Assembly: GCA_002789955.1 (NCBI GenBank)
Contig: PFUG01000420.1
Location: 11,569-75,568, forward strand
Direction: 5' to 3'
DNA length: 64,000 bases
DNA from: Deltaproteobacteria bacterium CG_4_9_14_3_um_filter_63_12
Lineage (GTDB): Bacteria > Myxococcota_A > Bradymonadia > UBA4248 > UM-FILTER-63-12
Part shown: one piece after another, positions 28,380 to 37,544 of the stretch
Position numbering within the stretch: the stretch's first letter is position 1
Layout of the letters: every line of letters begins with the position of its first letter
Made by a program: the position numbers and the translations under genes
The notes under the pieces: model-generated
Databases searched by the model: none
Told to the model about the DNA's origin: nothing
The model's input: the letters and a program-made list of their open reading frames with translations, nothing else

Positions 28380-30048
28380 ACTCCCACGGTGGTGGCGGCT
28401 CGTGTTTTCCCCAGGCCGCAACCAGTTGGTCGAGCCGGGGTCCTAGGCGCGACGCCAAGAGGGGCTCGAGTTTCAGACGACGGGCCTCGACTTCGCTTCC
28501 CACCCACCACAGAGGCTCGATGCCATAGCCAGGATAGCGAGGCGCGCGGTCGATCTTCATGAGGTACAACACTCCTAGGTTGTACTTCGACACCGGAGGA
28601 TGCCCGCCGAAGTGGACGTCTTCGATCATGAGGCATTCGGCCTCGTCGAAATTGCCAGCCGACACCTGTGCGAACGCGAAGCTGTCGAGATAGGAGGGGA
28701 CGTAAGCCCGCGTAAATGTTTGCTCCCAGGCGCTCACCGAGCGTTCGAACTCGCCCGCGAATTGCAGACCTTCCGCCATCATCATCCACGGGTAGTGTTG
28801 CCACTGGGGGTCGTCGGAGGCGTCGATGGCTGGGTACCAAAGCGCCACAGCGGACGCCCAGCGCTGCGACTGATCGTGCCCGAGCCACCCCAGCACAGCC
28901 ACGAGGGCAAAGGCGACGAGGGCGAAGCCTTTTCTAAGTCGCGGCCAGGGGAGTTCCTTCAACCACACGGCAACCGCCACGAGAGATGTAGAGAGGGGCA
29001 AATAAAGGTAGCTGTCGGCGACCATCCGTGCGAAGGGCAGCAGATTGCTGACCGGCAGATAGCCGCAAACGGCGAGCGCAAGAGCGAACAAGACCTCGGC
29101 GCGCCTCCTAGCAAACCAAACCACGGCGACCACGAGAAGCAGTACACACATGCCGAAATATACGTGGGGGTCGGAGTAGCCGGCGAGTCGATTGACCGCG
29201 TAGCGTGGGAGGAGATCAAGTGGCCACAAGAGGTGCTGAGTCTGGTGGCCTAGAGCCATGAAGAAGTGCGCCCCTCCCGAACCAATCGCAGCGTCTGTGT
29301 CCAGCAACTCGCTGTGCATGTGGAAGCTGGCCGCGGTGATCACCAGGCTGACAAGTACCAAGAGCGTGATCGCCCGACAGAAGACTGGGGGAACGACTTC
29401 GCCGCGTCGGCGAACCTGCACCAAGTACCCGGCCCAGGCGAGGGGCACCAGAGCCCCCGTAGGCTTCGAGAGCACCGAGAGCAACGTGGCCGTCACCGCT
29501 AAAGTGAGCCAGACGCGAACGCTTTTCTCGTTGCTTTCCTGGCTGCAACGAAACGCCCTGAGGACCATGAGCGTGGCAGCCAACGCAAAGTTGGCCATCA
29601 GCAGGTCTTTCAGCCCTGTCGCCCACGCGAATGGCTCGACTGTAATGGGGTGAACGGCAAACAGGGACGCGGCGAGGAAGGCAGCGAGTGGCGAACAAGC
29701 AAGCCTGCGGGCCAAACTGTAGGTCAACGCTGCCATGAGCGCATGGAGCAACAAACCAACCAAGTGAAAGGGCCATGGCGCACCGCCGCCGAGCCAGAAG
29801 AGAGCCGCCTCGACGTTGCTGGTTACCGGAACGATGTAACCTATTCCGGGGGTCATGATGAGGTCCATGAGCGGCTGGCTCGTGGGCTTTGTGATCTGGG
29901 GGTTCTCGAGGATGAATCGTACGTCGTCCATTTTCGTGAACGGCTGGCTGATGACGTGTGTATGGAGGCCCATCACGAGGACGAACAGCGCGCTCCACGC
30001 TGCAAGATCGCGGCGTTTGTCGAGGTTGGGTGAGGAGGATGTCGGCAT
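28330..30048 (-). CDS. TMTC-like GT-C membrane glycosyltransferase with C-terminal TPR region (paralog of 26145-27851)
   Basis: Start at MPTSSSPNLDKRRD. FTKMDDVRFIL (DD loop), AVHPITVEPFAWATGLKDLLM (DUF1736 signature), multi-pass membrane topology and a C-terminal TPR-like domain. It is convergent with its paralog. Confidence 0.55.
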   Translation of the reverse strand: MPTSSSPNLDKRRDLAAWSALFVLVMGLHTHVISQPFTKMDDVRFILENPQITKPTSQPLMDLIMTPGIGYIVPVTSNVEAALFWLGGGAPWPFHLVGLLLHALMAALTYSLARRLACSPLAAFLAASLFAVHPITVEPFAWATGLKDLLMANFALAATLMVLRAFRCSQESNEKSVRVWLTLAVTATLLSVLSKPTGALVPLAWAGYLVQVRRRGEVVPPVFCRAITLLVLVSLVITAASFHMHSELLDTDAAIGSGGAHFFMALGHQTQHLLWPLDLLPRYAVNRLAGYSDPHVYFGMCVLLLVVAVVWFARRRAEVLFALALAVCGYLPVSNLLPFARMVADSYLYLPLSTSLVAVAVWLKELPWPRLRKGFALVAFALVAVLGWLGHDQSQRWASAVALWYPAIDASDDPQWQHYPWMMMAEGLQFAGEFERSVSAWEQTFTRAYVPSYLDSFAFAQVSAGNFDEAECLMIEDVHFGGHPPVSKYNLGVLYLMKIDRAPRYPGYGIEPLWWVGSEVEARRLKLEPLLASRLGPRLDQLVAAWGKHEPPPPWEFRSCASLHVTKSDARP

Positions 30049-30427
30049 GGAAGACTGACCCGTGCGATGTCTTGGGCGATGGTTCGCTTGAACACGAGCG
30101 CAGGCACCCAAACTCGCCTGAGTCGAGGTTGGTGCCAGGAGGCGAGCGAACCCCGACCGCGCGTCGGCAGCTGGCTCGATTGTGACAGCGTGGTGCCTCG
30201 TGCGAGGTCTGCTCGACGACTAGCGCGAATCGGCGTTGGTTGTCACGGTCACCCAGCAGTGGGGTGGCGCCCACGTCGAAGGGCTCTTAGAGTCGTGGCC
30301 AGTCGCTGCAACAGTTGCGGAGCGAGGGAGCCCGCTCAGCGACGAAAATCGCGGCTTGATTCGCCAGGCGATGCACAGGCTCACCGAACTTGCCGGGGAG
30401 GGTGCCCCACGGCCGGCAAGAAAAACA

Positions 30428-31276
30428 ATGCACAGCAAACGCCCAAACTCGCCCCCCTTCGGGCTCTTTGCCTGCGACTTCGACGGGACACTGCTCGGCT
30501 CCGACCACCAGGTCTCCGAGCGCGACCGCAGGGCGCTCGAGTGCCTACGCACAAAGGGCGTCCTCGTCGTCGTCGCCACTGGCCGATCGTTGTTCTCCTT
30601 TCGACGCGCGGTCGTGCAGGAATTGCCGGTAGATTGGCTAGTCTTTTCCTCGGGAGCGGGCATCGCCCAGTGGCCTGTGTGTGAGGTTGTGCACGCCGTC
30701 CACCTCACGTGTGAAGAGACCGCGTCGATCGGTGCGCACCTCGAGCTCCTCAATGCGCCATATTGCGTCCACGACACGATCCCGAACAACCATAGGTTCA
30801 GCTATCAGCTCGGTCGCGACAGTGCAGACTTGAGACGTCGGATCGAACTCTACGCGCCCTTCTCTAGACCCTTGAGCGCTGATCGACTCGAGAAAGAGGC
30901 CACCCAAGTCATCGTGCACCTCGAGGAGCACGAGGCCGAAGCGGGCTGTCTAGCGCTGCGGGAGCACTTCGAGGACCTGGGGGTAATCCGGACCACTTCG
31001 CCGTTGGACCACTGCTCGACTTGGGTCGAGATCTTCCCGCGTGGCGTCTCCAAGAGCAGCGGTCTGCGCTGGCTCTGTGAGCATCTCAATGTCGCGCCGG
31101 CGAGGACTGGGGCCGTCGGGAACGACTACAACGACCTCGATATGTTGGAGTGGGTGGCTCATCCGTTCGTGGTTTCCAATGCCGCAGCGCCCCTGAGAGC
31201 GCGCTTTCAGGTCGTACGGAGCCACGACAGTGGAGGGGTCGCCGAGGCGGTCGAACGGTGGCTGGAGTCCCTCTGA
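30428..31276 (+). CDS. HAD-superfamily hydrolase, Cof-like (subfamily IIB) phosphatase
   Basis: Motif I FACDFDGTLL, motif II VVVATGRS, motif IV GNDYNDLDML. The ORF track offers an upstream start at 30236, but the conserved N-terminus begins at the ATG at 30428. Confidence 0.7.
   Translation: MHSKRPNSPPFGLFACDFDGTLLGSDHQVSERDRRALECLRTKGVLVVVATGRSLFSFRRAVVQELPVDWLVFSSGAGIAQWPVCEVVHAVHLTCEETASIGAHLELLNAPYCVHDTIPNNHRFSYQLGRDSADLRRRIELYAPFSRPLSADRLEKEATQVIVHLEEHEAEAGCLALREHFEDLGVIRTTSPLDHCSTWVEIFPRGVSKSSGLRWLCEHLNVAPARTGAVGNDYNDLDMLEWVAHPFVVSNAAAPLRARFQVVRSHDSGGVAEAVERWLESL
30474..30842 (+). repeat. Segmental duplication, copy 2 (intact HAD phosphatase 5' region)
   Basis: See 27932-28300. Confidence 0.8.
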
Positions 31277-31378
31277 GGCGTAGGACGTACGCAACAATTC
31301 CGCTCGTCAGGAATCTCCACTGGCGCTCTGGACTTGACCCTCGACCGGTTCTTGTGGGACTTGTTCTGCGAGCCGCCC

Positions 31379-31450
31379 GATCGGATTTCGCGCGCTACTC
31401 GGAACAGAGGGGGCTCGAAGCGAGCCATCTCGCGTCCCTACCCGCGATCG
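31379..31450 (+). repeat. Copy C of the palindromic intergenic repeat family
   Basis: gatcggatttcgcgcgctactcggaacagagggggctcgaagcgagccatctcgcgtccctacccgcgatcg. Intergenic, between the HAD gene and the amidohydrolase gene. Confidence 0.75.
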
Positions 31451-31628
31451 ACGGCTCATTGTTTGTCATTCCGGGCGAAAGTAGAGCGTGTTGCCCATGT
31501 TGCTGGGCGGCCGACGGTTCGGCATCCGAAAGGCGCACACAGTAGGCCGACGAGCGAGCCACGTGGCTCTTGGATTCTAGATGCGCACCGGATTGACTGA
31601 GCTCCCTCTATCGACAAAGGCGACCGTC

Positions 31629-32843
31629 ATGTCCTCCGAAAACACCCTCATTGGCCCAGATCGAGACGGCAACTATCTGCAAACCGAAGGCTCGAAGATT
31701 CGCACCTTTGGTCCGAGTCCGAGCTCGGTCGAGGGCGCCGTCTCCTGTCCGGACGGACAACTCAAGCCCGGTCGGGTGTGTGCCCACACTCATCTCTACT
31801 CGGGACTTGCCCCCTTGGGTTTGCCGGCGCCGGAAATCGCGCCCGAAAACTTCGTGCAGATCCTGGAGCGCGTGTGGTGGAGACTCGACCGTGCACTCGA
31901 CGCCCGTTCGCTCGACGCCTCGGCACGCTACTACATCGCCAACGCCTTGCTCGATGGCACAACCAGCCTCGTCGATCACCACGAATCCCCCAACTTCATC
32001 GAGGGTTCTCTCGACGTCTTGGGGACCGCTTGCACGGAGTTGGGGATGCGTGCGGCGCTCTGCTTCGGAGCCACTGAGCGCAACGGCGGCGTGGTAGAGG
32101 GACGTCGCGGTCTGGCTGAGTGCGCGCGTTTCGTGAAGTCCAACCACCATCCCCTGCTGAGAGGGCTGGTCGGGCTCCATGCCTCGTTCACCGTCTCGGA
32201 CTCCTCTATCGAAGAGGCGGGACGTCTGTGTCGCGAGCTGGGGGTGGGGATGCACATCCACGTGGCCGAAGCCGACTCAGACGTCGCTGACGCCAAAGAG
32301 CGCGGCTACGAAAGCCCATTCGACAGGCTGGTCGAGTTGGGAGGGCTGCCGCCGCGCTCTGTCCTCGTGCATGGCGTTCACGCCACTCGAGAGCAGGTCC
32401 TGCACGGCGAGAAGCTTGGCGCCTGGTGGGTCCACAACCCTCGGTCGAACAAGGGCAACCGCGTGGGTTATGCGAGCGCCTTGTCCGCGGCCAACGACGT
32501 CGCGCTCGGCACAGATGGCTATCCCGCCAAGATGCTCGAGGAGCAACAGGCCCTCTTCGAGGAGGCCGAGGCGGCGGGCGACAGCCTTTCGAAAGTAAAG
32601 AGCCGACAAGAAAACGGCGCGAAGATGGTCGGAATGCTCTTCGACCTGCCGCTCGGCCAGCTCGTACCTGGCGCTGCGGCCGACGTCATCGTTGAAGGGG
32701 AGAACGGGGTCATGCACGTGCTGGTCGACGGAGAGTGGGTGGTCCGCGATGGGCGTCTAGTCAACGCCGACCTCGCCGCCATTAAAGAGGCTGCGGAGCA
32801 GGAAGCTCCTCGTCTCTGGTCCCTCATGGCCACCTACCAATGA
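31629..32843 (+). CDS. Amidohydrolase-superfamily protein (MtaD/SsnA-like deaminase/chlorohydrolase family)
   Basis: N-terminal metal-binding HxH (VCAHTHLYSGL), then HIHVAEADSD, VHGVH and GTDGYP, matching the binuclear-metal amidohydrolase fold. The substrate cannot be assigned. Confidence 0.6.
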   Translation: MSSENTLIGPDRDGNYLQTEGSKIRTFGPSPSSVEGAVSCPDGQLKPGRVCAHTHLYSGLAPLGLPAPEIAPENFVQILERVWWRLDRALDARSLDASARYYIANALLDGTTSLVDHHESPNFIEGSLDVLGTACTELGMRAALCFGATERNGGVVEGRRGLAECARFVKSNHHPLLRGLVGLHASFTVSDSSIEEAGRLCRELGVGMHIHVAEADSDVADAKERGYESPFDRLVELGGLPPRSVLVHGVHATREQVLHGEKLGAWWVHNPRSNKGNRVGYASALSAANDVALGTDGYPAKMLEEQQALFEEAEAAGDSLSKVKSRQENGAKMVGMLFDLPLGQLVPGAAADVIVEGENGVMHVLVDGEWVVRDGRLVNADLAAIKEAAEQEAPRLWSLMATYQ

Positions 32844-33943
32844 GGCTCGTCGTCTCCCTCAGTGTGGCCCTGTGCCTCGGGCTCGCCGTTCAGGTGAGCC
32901 TGGGGAGCGCCGAAGAGCTGAACCCCGATGGCGCCGTTGTGGTTGCGCAGGGGGACGTGCCGGCGGCCGACGAGCTGGGCGACACGCCGAAGACGACGAC
33001 CAAGAAAGAAACCAAGAAGACCAAGAAGAAAGCCAAGACCAAGAAGGCAAAGAAGAAAGCCAAGGCGAAGAAGAAGCCCAAACACGACGAGGTCCGAAAG
33101 AAGGTCGTCGGCGAGGAGGTCAAGCCCAAGGATGGGTTCGCGGCGCCCTACTCATACGACAACCTCGGCAGGGGGTTTGATGGCGCCGATTGTACACACC
33201 AAGGGCTCGACATCGGTGGAGTTGGCGAGAGCGCTGGCGTAGGGACCCCGGTCCACGCAATCGTCAAGGCCGAGGTCATCTTCATCGGCACGCCGGAGAC
33301 GAACCCGAAGAAGTTTGGCAAGCGCGACAAGCGAAAGGGCACGGAGACTCGTTCCGGCGTGAAGGTCCCGCGCCGCCTAGAGGTCGAGGGCTATGGAGAG
33401 GTCTACCCCTTCACGACCAGCAACGGCTCGTCGCGCACGGGGGTTTTCATCAAGACCCGAGTGCTCGAAGGCGAGCTCGCCGAGCATTCTGTTCGGTACA
33501 TGCATCTGTCCGCGGTCCGTCCAGGTCTTGCGGTCGGTGACATCGTCGAGCCTGGAGACGAGCTCGGCTTGATGGGCGCGACAGGCTTCGAGGATAACCT
33601 TCCCCACCTGCACATTGACATCGAAGATCCCGACGAGCTTCGTGTCGACCCCGCTCCATTCCTCGGCTTGCAGGAGGTGAGGCCCTCGAGCTGTACGCCC
33701 ATCAACAAGAAGAAGAAGGCGAAGGAGCGCAAGCTCAAAAAGGGGAAGGGGAAGAAGGGCGGGAAGACCAAGAAGGACGGCTCGCGAAAGACGATCCGCT
33801 ACACCGTAGAGAAGGGAGACACCTTGAACTCCATCGCACAGGAGTTCGGCGTCACCAAGGCGGATTTGATCCGGCGCAATGACCTCGCCGACCCGGATTC
33901 GCTCAAGGCCGGCCAGAAGGTGAAGATCGTCGTCTATGAGTGA
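32840..33943 (+). CDS. Secreted M23-family (LytM) peptidase with lysine-rich low-complexity segments and a C-terminal LysM domain
   Basis: Signal peptide. HQGLDIGG...HLHIDI (M23 zinc ligands). C-terminal YTVEKGDTLNSIAQEFGVTKADLIRRNDL...GQKVKI (LysM). Two poly-Lys/Ala tracts (KKTKKKAKTKKAKKKAKAKKKPK; KKKKAKERKLKKGKGKKGGKTKK). The ATG overlaps the upstream stop (ATGA). Confidence 0.7.
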   Translation: MRLVVSLSVALCLGLAVQVSLGSAEELNPDGAVVVAQGDVPAADELGDTPKTTTKKETKKTKKKAKTKKAKKKAKAKKKPKHDEVRKKVVGEEVKPKDGFAAPYSYDNLGRGFDGADCTHQGLDIGGVGESAGVGTPVHAIVKAEVIFIGTPETNPKKFGKRDKRKGTETRSGVKVPRRLEVEGYGEVYPFTTSNGSSRTGVFIKTRVLEGELAEHSVRYMHLSAVRPGLAVGDIVEPGDELGLMGATGFEDNLPHLHIDIEDPDELRVDPAPFLGLQEVRPSSCTPINKKKKAKERKLKKGKGKKGGKTKKDGSRKTIRYTVEKGDTLNSIAQEFGVTKADLIRRNDLADPDSLKAGQKVKIVVYE

Positions 33944-34042
33944 GCCGGCGTCGCGGCAGTTAGGCCTACTTTAGGTCGATCATGGGTCGATGGGACCTGG
34001 GCTTTTTGCCGCCGGCTCACATGTAGGCAAATGTAACCTCCA

Positions 34043-34768
34043 GTGTCCCCCGAGTCGCTTGCTCGGGAATGCACGAAGACCCCGGGTTGCCGGCCCAAGG
34101 TGGGACCTTGGGCTGGGAACCTCGCCATGGAGGAGGGGCTGATGCCAACACGCAGGTATGTGATCGCCGAGACGGTTCAAGACTCCCGTGAACTCAGGTC
34201 GCGCTACCACAACATCCAGACCACTCGGCTGTTGATGTTTCCGAACCGACCGCAGTTCCAGGTCGGGGACGGGGTGAGCGTACAGCTCAGCATCCGCGCC
34301 CAGAACGTGCGAATGATGCTCGAAGGCCTCGTTCATCGCGTGCCGACCAAGTCGACGACGGTCTTCGGCAAGCGAATGTTCGCCATGGGGCTGGACGCCA
34401 AGAGCTTCGAGCGCCTCTCCCCCTATTTGGCCAACCTCACTCCCAAAGCCCCAGAGACCCGTGCGAACGAGCGCCGGATGCCAGTTCGCGCGCGCTGGAG
34501 CGAATGTTGTGTGCCGAATTCTGGTGCGACACGCACCGCCCGCATCTTGGATGTGACTCCCAGGGGATTGTTCTTGGCGACCGGTCTCGACGTCGTGCAG
34601 GGTTCGACGGTGCTCTTCCGGCCGGATCGGGGTTCGAACTGGCTGGGTGGCACGGTGTGTTGGCAGGGCGAGAAGGCGGGGCAGCGGGGCATTGGAATGG
34701 AGCTGGTGTTCAGCCGAGTCGATGAGCGGCACAGCTGGAACGAGTTCGTTCTCCACGCCAACGGCTGA
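34043..34768 (+). CDS. PilZ-domain protein (putative c-di-GMP receptor)
   Basis: C-terminal half has RRMPVRARW (RxxxR) and DVTPRGLFLATG (D-x-S/T-x-x-G), the bipartite PilZ signature. The N-terminal half is a degenerate PilZ-like beta-barrel. The start may instead be the internal ATG at 34127. Confidence 0.45.
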   Translation: MSPESLARECTKTPGCRPKVGPWAGNLAMEEGLMPTRRYVIAETVQDSRELRSRYHNIQTTRLLMFPNRPQFQVGDGVSVQLSIRAQNVRMMLEGLVHRVPTKSTTVFGKRMFAMGLDAKSFERLSPYLANLTPKAPETRANERRMPVRARWSECCVPNSGATRTARILDVTPRGLFLATGLDVVQGSTVLFRPDRGSNWLGGTVCWQGEKAGQRGIGMELVFSRVDERHSWNEFVLHANG

Positions 34769-35149
34769 TGGCCTTCGCGCCAAGGCGCCCATAAGGCACC
34801 GATATCAAAGGGCTATCACCAGCGATCGAGCGGTGAGCTTGCCAGTCACCGAGCGGTGTGATAGGAAAGGGCCTGCTGATCGCGAACGCGAACGACTTCT
34901 GGTCGCCACGTTGGCAATTGGCAGGTGGGAGCTCAGCGTCCCGGTGTTCCCTGCACCCCACAGGTCAAGGTTCTCGTTGACGGGTGGGCTCTCGAGCGGT
35001 GGTTCACTGCCTCACACAGCCACGTTTCGGCGTGGAAGAACACCGCAGCAGGCGTCCCCTGTATCGTCCTAAGGGACGAGAAAAGGGACCTAAGAATCTA
35101 GGCGTCCAGCCCACAGGGTTGGGCGCCTAGGTGCGTCAAAGAGGTACTC

Positions 35150-35644
35150 ATGAGGTTCCAGATAGGCTCGCTCATCGGACCCAAACACACCCTCCTGAAT
35201 GAGCTGCTCGAGTACGGCAAGGTCATGGTGCACCTCGACGCACGTCGTTCGGGGGTCGAGGTCCCGAGGGACTTTGGGGGTGACTCGCACCTGCGTCTGA
35301 ACCTATCGCACCACTTCGGCTACTCGGACTTCGTCGTCGACGAGTCCTCGGCGCGATGTTCACTTTCTTTCGGTGGACAGCCCTTCTTCTGTGTCCTGCC
35401 TTGGAACGCGGTTTTCGCGATGACCAGTCACCGCGAGCCCCTTGGGTACTTGTGGCCAGAGGACCTTCCTCCAGAGCTCTCGAACAGTCTCGAGATGTTC
35501 CCGGTGGAAGCGCCGAGCACCGCGCCAAAATTGCGGATGGTCTCGCGAGAAGACGGGCTAGACGAGGCGGAGCTGGTCCTCTCGAGTGTCGACCGCGCCC
35601 CGGAAACGAAGAAACAATACGGACACTTGCGGGTCGTCAAATAG
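35150..35644 (+). CDS. sspB: SspB-like ClpXP adaptor (stringent starvation protein B family)
   Basis: N-terminal P..LL.EyG...V.LDar..GVEVP...HL.LNLS...SFGGQPF...PWNAVFAM is collinear with E. coli SspB. The extreme C-terminus is LRVVK, identical to the ClpX-binding tail of E. coli SspB. Confidence 0.65.
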   Translation: MRFQIGSLIGPKHTLLNELLEYGKVMVHLDARRSGVEVPRDFGGDSHLRLNLSHHFGYSDFVVDESSARCSLSFGGQPFFCVLPWNAVFAMTSHREPLGYLWPEDLPPELSNSLEMFPVEAPSTAPKLRMVSREDGLDEAELVLSSVDRAPETKKQYGHLRVVK

Positions 35645-35656
35645 GAGTCTCTGGCT

Positions 35657-37210
35657 TCAGAACGCGTACAGACCTTTGACGAAGATCGTGTTCGCGCCAG
35701 CCGTCCGGTTGCCGAACTTCGAGTCTTTGTCTCCGCCGTGCAGCAGCGCTCCTGCGACGAGCTCGGTGTTCTGCCAGAACTTGAACGCCAGCTGCGGGAA
35801 CACAATGAAGCTCTCGTCCTGCACCTGGATGATGCCGAAGAGTCGGAGGAGCACTTGCTCGTCGAAGGTCTTGAAGTCGCTGCCGGCGACGATGTAGTCC
35901 GACAAGAACTCGGACCCAAACTCGTCGATGAAGCCGTGTAGATACTGAACGTTGAGGTACCACCACTTGGTGATGGTGTAGTCCATGCCAGCGGTGAGCT
36001 TCCAGAACTTGCCGGGTCGGACCTGGACCTCCTCAGATTCCATGACGTCGCCGATGATCAAGTCCATGTTGACCCCGTCGTGGTAGGTCATCGCGAACTC
36101 CGCCCACAGGCCCAACCCGCCGAGCATGTCGATACTCGTTGACAGGTCGGCGCCGACTACCCGGACCTCTGGATAGACGAGCGTGATCTCGGTGGCGATG
36201 GTGATACCTGGACCAACGATTCCCGGGAGGTCGAGGAGCTTCATGAGTCCTTCGATGTCGTTGCGGAGAGTGTCCTCGAAGTCGTCGAACAGACCAAAGA
36301 GCCCGTCGTCGGTCACGAAGTCGCGGCCAGGCTGCGTGTTGTGGTCGTAGCCTTTGTAGGCCATGACGCCTAGATCGAGCCCCAACAGCGTGAACGAGAG
36401 CCGCCCGCCTAGCTGAGTGTTCTCGAGTAGAGCTTCGGGCTCCTTCACGTTCACGTCGTACACAACGGCCCCGCCCTTCTCGAGGAACTTCTCCTGCACA
36501 TCGATGAGGTTGTTGATCAGCGGCGAGCGCACGAACCGCCCGAACTGCGAGGGTTCCGAGAAGACCAGCAGTGCGCTGTCCGGGATCAGACCTGAGCGAA
36601 ACTTTGGAATCGCCACCAGCATCAAGGTGGGCTCTGCGAAGATGGGGGCCTCGTCTCCCTCGACCATCCAGTCCGGACTGATGTTCACCACGACCATTTC
36701 GTTTGCGACTTGGCGGCCAAAGTCCAGCGGGTCCTCAAGGTCATAACCATTGAGAACGCTGGTCGGATTGAACATGTCTGCGGTGCCCCACTTGATGATC
36801 TGACGACCCAGTCGAATGTCGATGCCCTCGACGACGACATCCGAAACCTCGACGTACAGCGAGTCGCTCTCGAGGTAGTAGGGATCGACCTTGGGCCGAG
36901 ATTGGAGGTCTTCCATGCCCTGCACCTCCGAGCGCCCACTGAACACCAACGCCATGTCCGCGACCGCCTGGACGGAACCCCATGTGAAGCTCGCCACAAA
37001 TTGTGCGAGGTTGTCGGTGCGTCCAAAGGCATACTCCGGCGAATCGCTCGGCTTATCATTGCCAGGGATGGAGGCCCGCAGGTCGCTTTGCACATGACCA
37101 CGATATTCTATGTCCGTCTGCGCGAAGGCTGGCTTCGAGCCGAGCAGGCAGGCGGCGAGCAGAAAAACTTTCAGCACGGCAGGCATCGTCGTGCGAAATT
37201 GAAGACGCAT
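35657..37210 (-). CDS. Putative outer-membrane beta-barrel protein (DUF1302-like)
   Basis: Signal peptide MRLQFRTTMPAVLKVFLLAACLLGSKPAFAQ. Alternating amphipathic beta-strand pattern. C-terminal ...FVKGLYAF with a terminal aromatic residue typical of OM barrels. Co-directional with the downstream LolA-like and RND genes. Confidence 0.45.
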   Translation of the reverse strand: MRLQFRTTMPAVLKVFLLAACLLGSKPAFAQTDIEYRGHVQSDLRASIPGNDKPSDSPEYAFGRTDNLAQFVASFTWGSVQAVADMALVFSGRSEVQGMEDLQSRPKVDPYYLESDSLYVEVSDVVVEGIDIRLGRQIIKWGTADMFNPTSVLNGYDLEDPLDFGRQVANEMVVVNISPDWMVEGDEAPIFAEPTLMLVAIPKFRSGLIPDSALLVFSEPSQFGRFVRSPLINNLIDVQEKFLEKGGAVVYDVNVKEPEALLENTQLGGRLSFTLLGLDLGVMAYKGYDHNTQPGRDFVTDDGLFGLFDDFEDTLRNDIEGLMKLLDLPGIVGPGITIATEITLVYPEVRVVGADLSTSIDMLGGLGLWAEFAMTYHDGVNMDLIIGDVMESEEVQVRPGKFWKLTAGMDYTITKWWYLNVQYLHGFIDEFGSEFLSDYIVAGSDFKTFDEQVLLRLFGIIQVQDESFIVFPQLAFKFWQNTELVAGALLHGGDKDSKFGNRTAGANTIFVKGLYAF

Positions 37211-37379
37211 ATTATCCTTGTTCCAGTGCTCTTTCGTTCTGTATTGAGAGGATTCGGCGCGACGGCGAGCCAAAAACGCTTGACGGAGTCAGCATCCACC
37301 GGCGAGTTTCCTCGCCTTTGCGCCGCAGCTGGAGTGGCATGGCGCAACGACCGATTTCAGCCGATGAACACCATCCGCC

Positions 37380-37428
37380 GAGAACTACACTCCGTCGGGA
37401 ACTACTCCCCGTCGAGAACTACTAATGG
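37380..37428. promoter_or_regulatory. Three tandem imperfect direct repeats in a divergent promoter region
   Basis: GAGAACTACACTCCGTCG / GGAACTACTCCCCGTCG / AGAACTACTAATGG. It sits between the divergent OM-barrel gene (start 37210) and the Hsp33-like gene (start 37545). Confidence 0.35.
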
Positions 37429-37544
37429 AAGGCCGATCGAACCGCAACGAGCCGCCCACATGTGAGCTTGTTTGTGCATTGCGACGGTGAGCGACGTCAC
37501 TTTGAGACGATGCTGGCATTTCTGACCTATCACGAGAGAAGACC

